Source: a virus (taxonomy: Duplodnaviria; Caudoviricetes). Taken from it: DNA of 28,052 nucleotides. Below are positions 24,935 to 28,052 of this stretch, one piece after another. The position numbers and the translations under genes are program-made. A model generated the notes under the pieces. The model worked only from the letters and a program-made list of their open reading frames with translations, made no database searches and had not been told where the DNA came from. Location of the stretch: positions 1 through 28,052 of the IMG/VR virus record IMGVR_UViG_3300032281_001290; one strand, 5' to 3'. The stretch's first letter is position 1. Each line of letters opens with the position of its first letter.

Positions 24935-25918
24935 TTATTTAGGTACTACTACTCCCAAACTTTGGTGTAATCTTATGGTTTTTAACTCCCCTGATTTTTT
25001 AGCTTCGACCCAACTTACCATAGTTTTATGAACATCTTCTGTTTCTATATCCTTAAAGTTTATGGACTCAAATCCTATATCAATTAATGTAGAAGTCAAA
25101 AATCTTTTAGTTACCCAAGTAGCTTCAAATTTTTCGGCTGATTCGGCTGATTTTTCTAAATCACAATTATTGTAAGTAAACATAAGTGTACCACCTTCTC
25201 TTAGCAAAGAAAACATCTGTTTAACATAATTCAATAATACATTCGATGGCAAGTAATTTAAAAAGTCCCAGCACAAGATAAAACCAAATTGTCCTTGAGG
25301 TAGCAAATGCATTTCTTTATTAGCATCATACAATCTTAATCTTTTTTGATATATTTCCGAATACATGCTGTTAATAACCTCTCTGATCCTGGTTAGATTT
25401 CGATCAACTAAGTATAGTGGATCACCAGCTACCATATAGTCTATTCTAAGTTTTGGGTCTGCAAGTTTTTGTAGATTTGATGTTAATCGCCAATCGCCAT
25501 CGGCAACATATTCGCAAAAATGCATTGCAGGATATCTCCAATCACAATATCCTGAAATTGTATTTTGTAAAATACTTTCTATACCATCTACAGATAGTCC
25601 TGCTTTAATTTTATTTTCAGTGAAACGCTCTTGATAGTCTTGTGAATTGGTCAAATCTTCCGCCAATCTATCAATGTCTTTTTCAATTTGATCAACGTGT
25701 TTCTTAATATTGGAAATGTTATTATTTCCCTGATCAGTTAAACTTTCATAATCTTTTAAAGACGCATCTATTAGATTATAATACTCAGGAAGGTTATTTT
25801 TAACTTTAATTGAGTTTATTATTTGTATTTTATCTTGGATTAGGTGATCTAAAGATAAATCTTTGATAATACCTAAGAAGTCATTTCGTAATTTTACCAA
25901 TACACTTAGAGATATCAT
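24935..25918 (-). CDS. Methyltransferase-fold protein with N-terminal coiled coil
   Basis: LPQGQFGFI..WDFLNYLP...LLREGGTLMFTY matches the C-terminal half of a class I MTase; motif I glycine loop is not evident. Confidence 0.6.
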   Translation of the reverse strand: MISLSVLVKLRNDFLGIIKDLSLDHLIQDKIQIINSIKVKNNLPEYYNLIDASLKDYESLTDQGNNNISNIKKHVDQIEKDIDRLAEDLTNSQDYQERFTENKIKAGLSVDGIESILQNTISGYCDWRYPAMHFCEYVADGDWRLTSNLQKLADPKLRIDYMVAGDPLYLVDRNLTRIREVINSMYSEIYQKRLRLYDANKEMHLLPQGQFGFILCWDFLNYLPSNVLLNYVKQMFSLLREGGTLMFTYNNCDLEKSAESAEKFEATWVTKRFLTSTLIDIGFESINFKDIETEDVHKTMVSWVEAKKSGELKTIRLHQSLGVVVPK

Positions 25919-28052
25919 TATTCAAACGTAAACAAATTATCAAATGTAGTAGCAATCTGCGTATTTTCGGCGATCTTCCAATTCAATACACCCAATAAGT
26001 TTTCTACCTTTTGATCCACGATACCTGTTTCCATACTGGCATCATCAAATGGTAATTCTTTAAACCACTGTGGAATATGTGTTTCGTCTGTGGGGTATCC
26101 TACACTGCTATAGCCCAGAGGATTGTCTTTGAGTTTACATACGATAGTTTTCATACCGTCAACGATCTGCATACTATAATTATCGCCCATCATACGTTTT
26201 AAGTTATTCCAATTCATTGCCGCACGTACATGTCCTGGCATGTTGGCTTTACCTAAGCGTTCTTCTTCTTTACTGTACTTGGTTAAGTTGTTTACACGCT
26301 TAGGCGTGCCTTTCTCCCAAGCCGGGCGTTCAGTGAATACTAATTTGAACTCACGGACTTTGTCAATAATAGTTTCACGTTGCGCACCTGTAAGTACATC
26401 TAATAAGATTTCACTTAAGAAATCTTGGATGACTTTAGGAGTATCACTACGTTTTAAGTCCAATCCCATGGCTTTTACTTTGCCTGGATTACCATGCGTA
26501 TCTAATCGTTTACCTTCCATGTCGTAGATTAGGATAGCATAACGTTTCTTTTTAATAAACAAACCTTTAAGTGATACAGATTCTCGTCCACCTTTGATCA
26601 AGTCACCTTGGCGTCGTGGAGTATGGAATGCTTTCTCACAGAACGCTGGAAAACTTTCATTGACTTGATCAGCGATGCTGTCATACAAGCCCACTGCAAT
26701 GTCTTTGTTCCATTCCATCTTACCTTCTTCTACGTCTTTCTTAACCATTGGATAGGCACTAAAATAACATGAGTCTGTGTCACCGTAGATGATCGCTTCA
26801 CCTATGTGATCATACTTGCCTGTAATACATTCATTTATGTAGGCATCCATGTGCTTGGCAATGGTACGACCGGTAAGGGTAGTGGACTGTCCGATACGCT
26901 TGTCAAAAAATCTACAACCAGGGTTAAGAATAGCACCATACAAGCTGTTAAGATTAATTTTCTTAACCAATTGACGTTTGTCCCAGAATGCTGTGTCTTC
27001 ATCTGTAGTTGCTTCCTTTTTCTTAGCCTGCATGTCTTGGCGTTCAGAGTACCAACGTTCTAATAAGCCTGGGATAACACCTTTGCGTTCATTACTAAAG
27101 ATAGTGCCATTGGCTGATAATATCCATGGTTTGTTGCTATCAAAGATTAATCGCCAAACATCTGCGGCACTGATTACATCACTGGTACCATTGGTCCAAT
27201 CAATGGTAATTTCTGTACCTGGTTCCATATTCATAACTGCTGTGTATTCTAACGATCCAAATAATCCGTCCCATGCATCTGCGAATGCAGAACCACTATC
27301 CATTTTCTCTTTGATATAGTGATCTGTCATTATAGATCTTAACTGACCAACAATAGTTTCTGGGCCCATGTTTAAAGCACGAATCGCACTTGGATACAGT
27401 GAGTTAATGTCAATAGCACCGATGTAATCATGCATGCCTGCTTTAGGAGTTGCAACATAGGCACCTGCAGCCTGTGTGTTAAATTGTTCATCACGGTTAC
27501 GATTTGGCACAACCATACCCAGTTGGTGTGCTTCATTGATGATAGCCTGTTCGGTAACTGCTACAGCACCCATAGTTGTTTGCAATAATACAGTATTGTC
27601 ATGTGCTAATTCATTGGCTAAATCTAAGAAACGCAATTTCTTATCTAATTTGGCCAGCAATGCAGTATCCTGACGATTGTATTCGATAAACTTAGGAAAG
27701 TCTTGATTGTATAGTTGATCGAGTGTACCTTCATACTGTGTTTTGCGCTCATCTAATTCATATTCAGCGATAGCATCCAAACTATAACTGTGACGTTCTT
27801 CATAGGTATATTTGCGATATAACTGCATATAGTCCATATGCACACGACCAATAAGGTCAAAGGTCATATTTGCCGCACCAAAGCGTTCAAACTCGCGTTG
27901 CTTAGGAAATTGTCCCCACAAGCAGAAACGACGTGTGTCATCTTTACTCAACACTCTGTTAGTGCGTTGCACCATGTATGGAATATCGTAACCCTCGGAG
28001 TTCCAACCTGATTGTATGTCTGCATCATCGATCAAGTCCAAGAATGTTTTAA
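25918..28052 (-). CDS. Family B DNA polymerase (T4 gp43-like), 5'-truncated by window edge
   Basis: ExoII GWNSEGYDIPY, ExoIII YNRQD, DINSLYPS, KINLNSLYG, YGDTDS and KKRYA; the frame is open to the window end. Confidence 0.97.
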   Translation of the reverse strand, partial: KTFLDLIDDADIQSGWNSEGYDIPYMVQRTNRVLSKDDTRRFCLWGQFPKQREFERFGAANMTFDLIGRVHMDYMQLYRKYTYEERHSYSLDAIAEYELDERKTQYEGTLDQLYNQDFPKFIEYNRQDTALLAKLDKKLRFLDLANELAHDNTVLLQTTMGAVAVTEQAIINEAHQLGMVVPNRNRDEQFNTQAAGAYVATPKAGMHDYIGAIDINSLYPSAIRALNMGPETIVGQLRSIMTDHYIKEKMDSGSAFADAWDGLFGSLEYTAVMNMEPGTEITIDWTNGTSDVISAADVWRLIFDSNKPWILSANGTIFSNERKGVIPGLLERWYSERQDMQAKKKEATTDEDTAFWDKRQLVKKINLNSLYGAILNPGCRFFDKRIGQSTTLTGRTIAKHMDAYINECITGKYDHIGEAIIYGDTDSCYFSAYPMVKKDVEEGKMEWNKDIAVGLYDSIADQVNESFPAFCEKAFHTPRRQGDLIKGGRESVSLKGLFIKKKRYAILIYDMEGKRLDTHGNPGKVKAMGLDLKRSDTPKVIQDFLSEILLDVLTGAQRETIIDKVREFKLVFTERPAWEKGTPKRVNNLTKYSKEEERLGKANMPGHVRAAMNWNNLKRMMGDNYSMQIVDGMKTIVCKLKDNPLGYSSVGYPTDETHIPQWFKELPFDDASMETGIVDQKVENLLGVLNWKIAENTQIATTFDNLFTFE

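Noticed and set aside
248-27673. All plus-strand ORFs in the track (e.g. 248..439, 593..820, 9966..10319, 20782..21123, 26978..27319)
   Set aside because: Short, lacking motifs, and antisense to well-supported minus-strand genes; shadow ORFs.
1-28052. Stop-codon reassignment (alternative genetic code), as seen in some large phages
   Set aside because: Conserved genes are full length under code 11, coding density is high, and TAA, TGA and TAG (19074) all terminate genes at sensible boundaries.
1-28052. CRISPR array, tRNA, rRNA, transposase or integrase
   Set aside because: No periodic repeats were seen, intergenic gaps are mostly under 75 nt and are explained by promoters or SDs, and no mobile-element motifs were found.
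25918-28052. Intein or intron in the DNA polymerase
   Set aside because: Motif spacing is continuous, with no homing-endonuclease motifs or splice-junction signatures in the visible part.

Overview
A 28 kb slice of a large T4-like/jumbo-type phage genome in the standard genetic code. All credible genes are on the minus strand and tightly packed, often with ATGA/TAATG overlaps. Three gene sets are interleaved. (i) Replication genes: family B DNA polymerase (runs off the right end), a probable sliding clamp, a 5'-3' exonuclease/RNase H and a DEDDh exonuclease. (ii) A dispersed 7-deazaguanine pathway: FolE, QueD, an atypical QueE, a TGT-fold DpdA-like transglycosylase and a second T-fold protein with an LxxxHRHxF motif (DpdL-like). 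A GTDC1/QTMAN-like glycosyltransferase, a purine phosphoribosyltransferase and MetK lie nearby; no QueC or QueF is visible in the window. (iii) Mostly AT-rich tailoring genes inserted singly between core genes: sulfotransferase, three methyltransferases, radical SAM/SPASM, a short DegT aminotransferase, two SGNH-like paralogs, two GT-like paralogs and an ANL adenylating enzyme missed by the ORF track. Three of these proteins share a ~30-aa Y-x4-G-x-DWP...N-x4-[IV]L-x-EI module. Five sigma70-type promoters are visible: three contain an embedded CTAAATA box and two appear to drive leaderless mRNAs. All family calls come from motif recognition by eye; no database searches were run.
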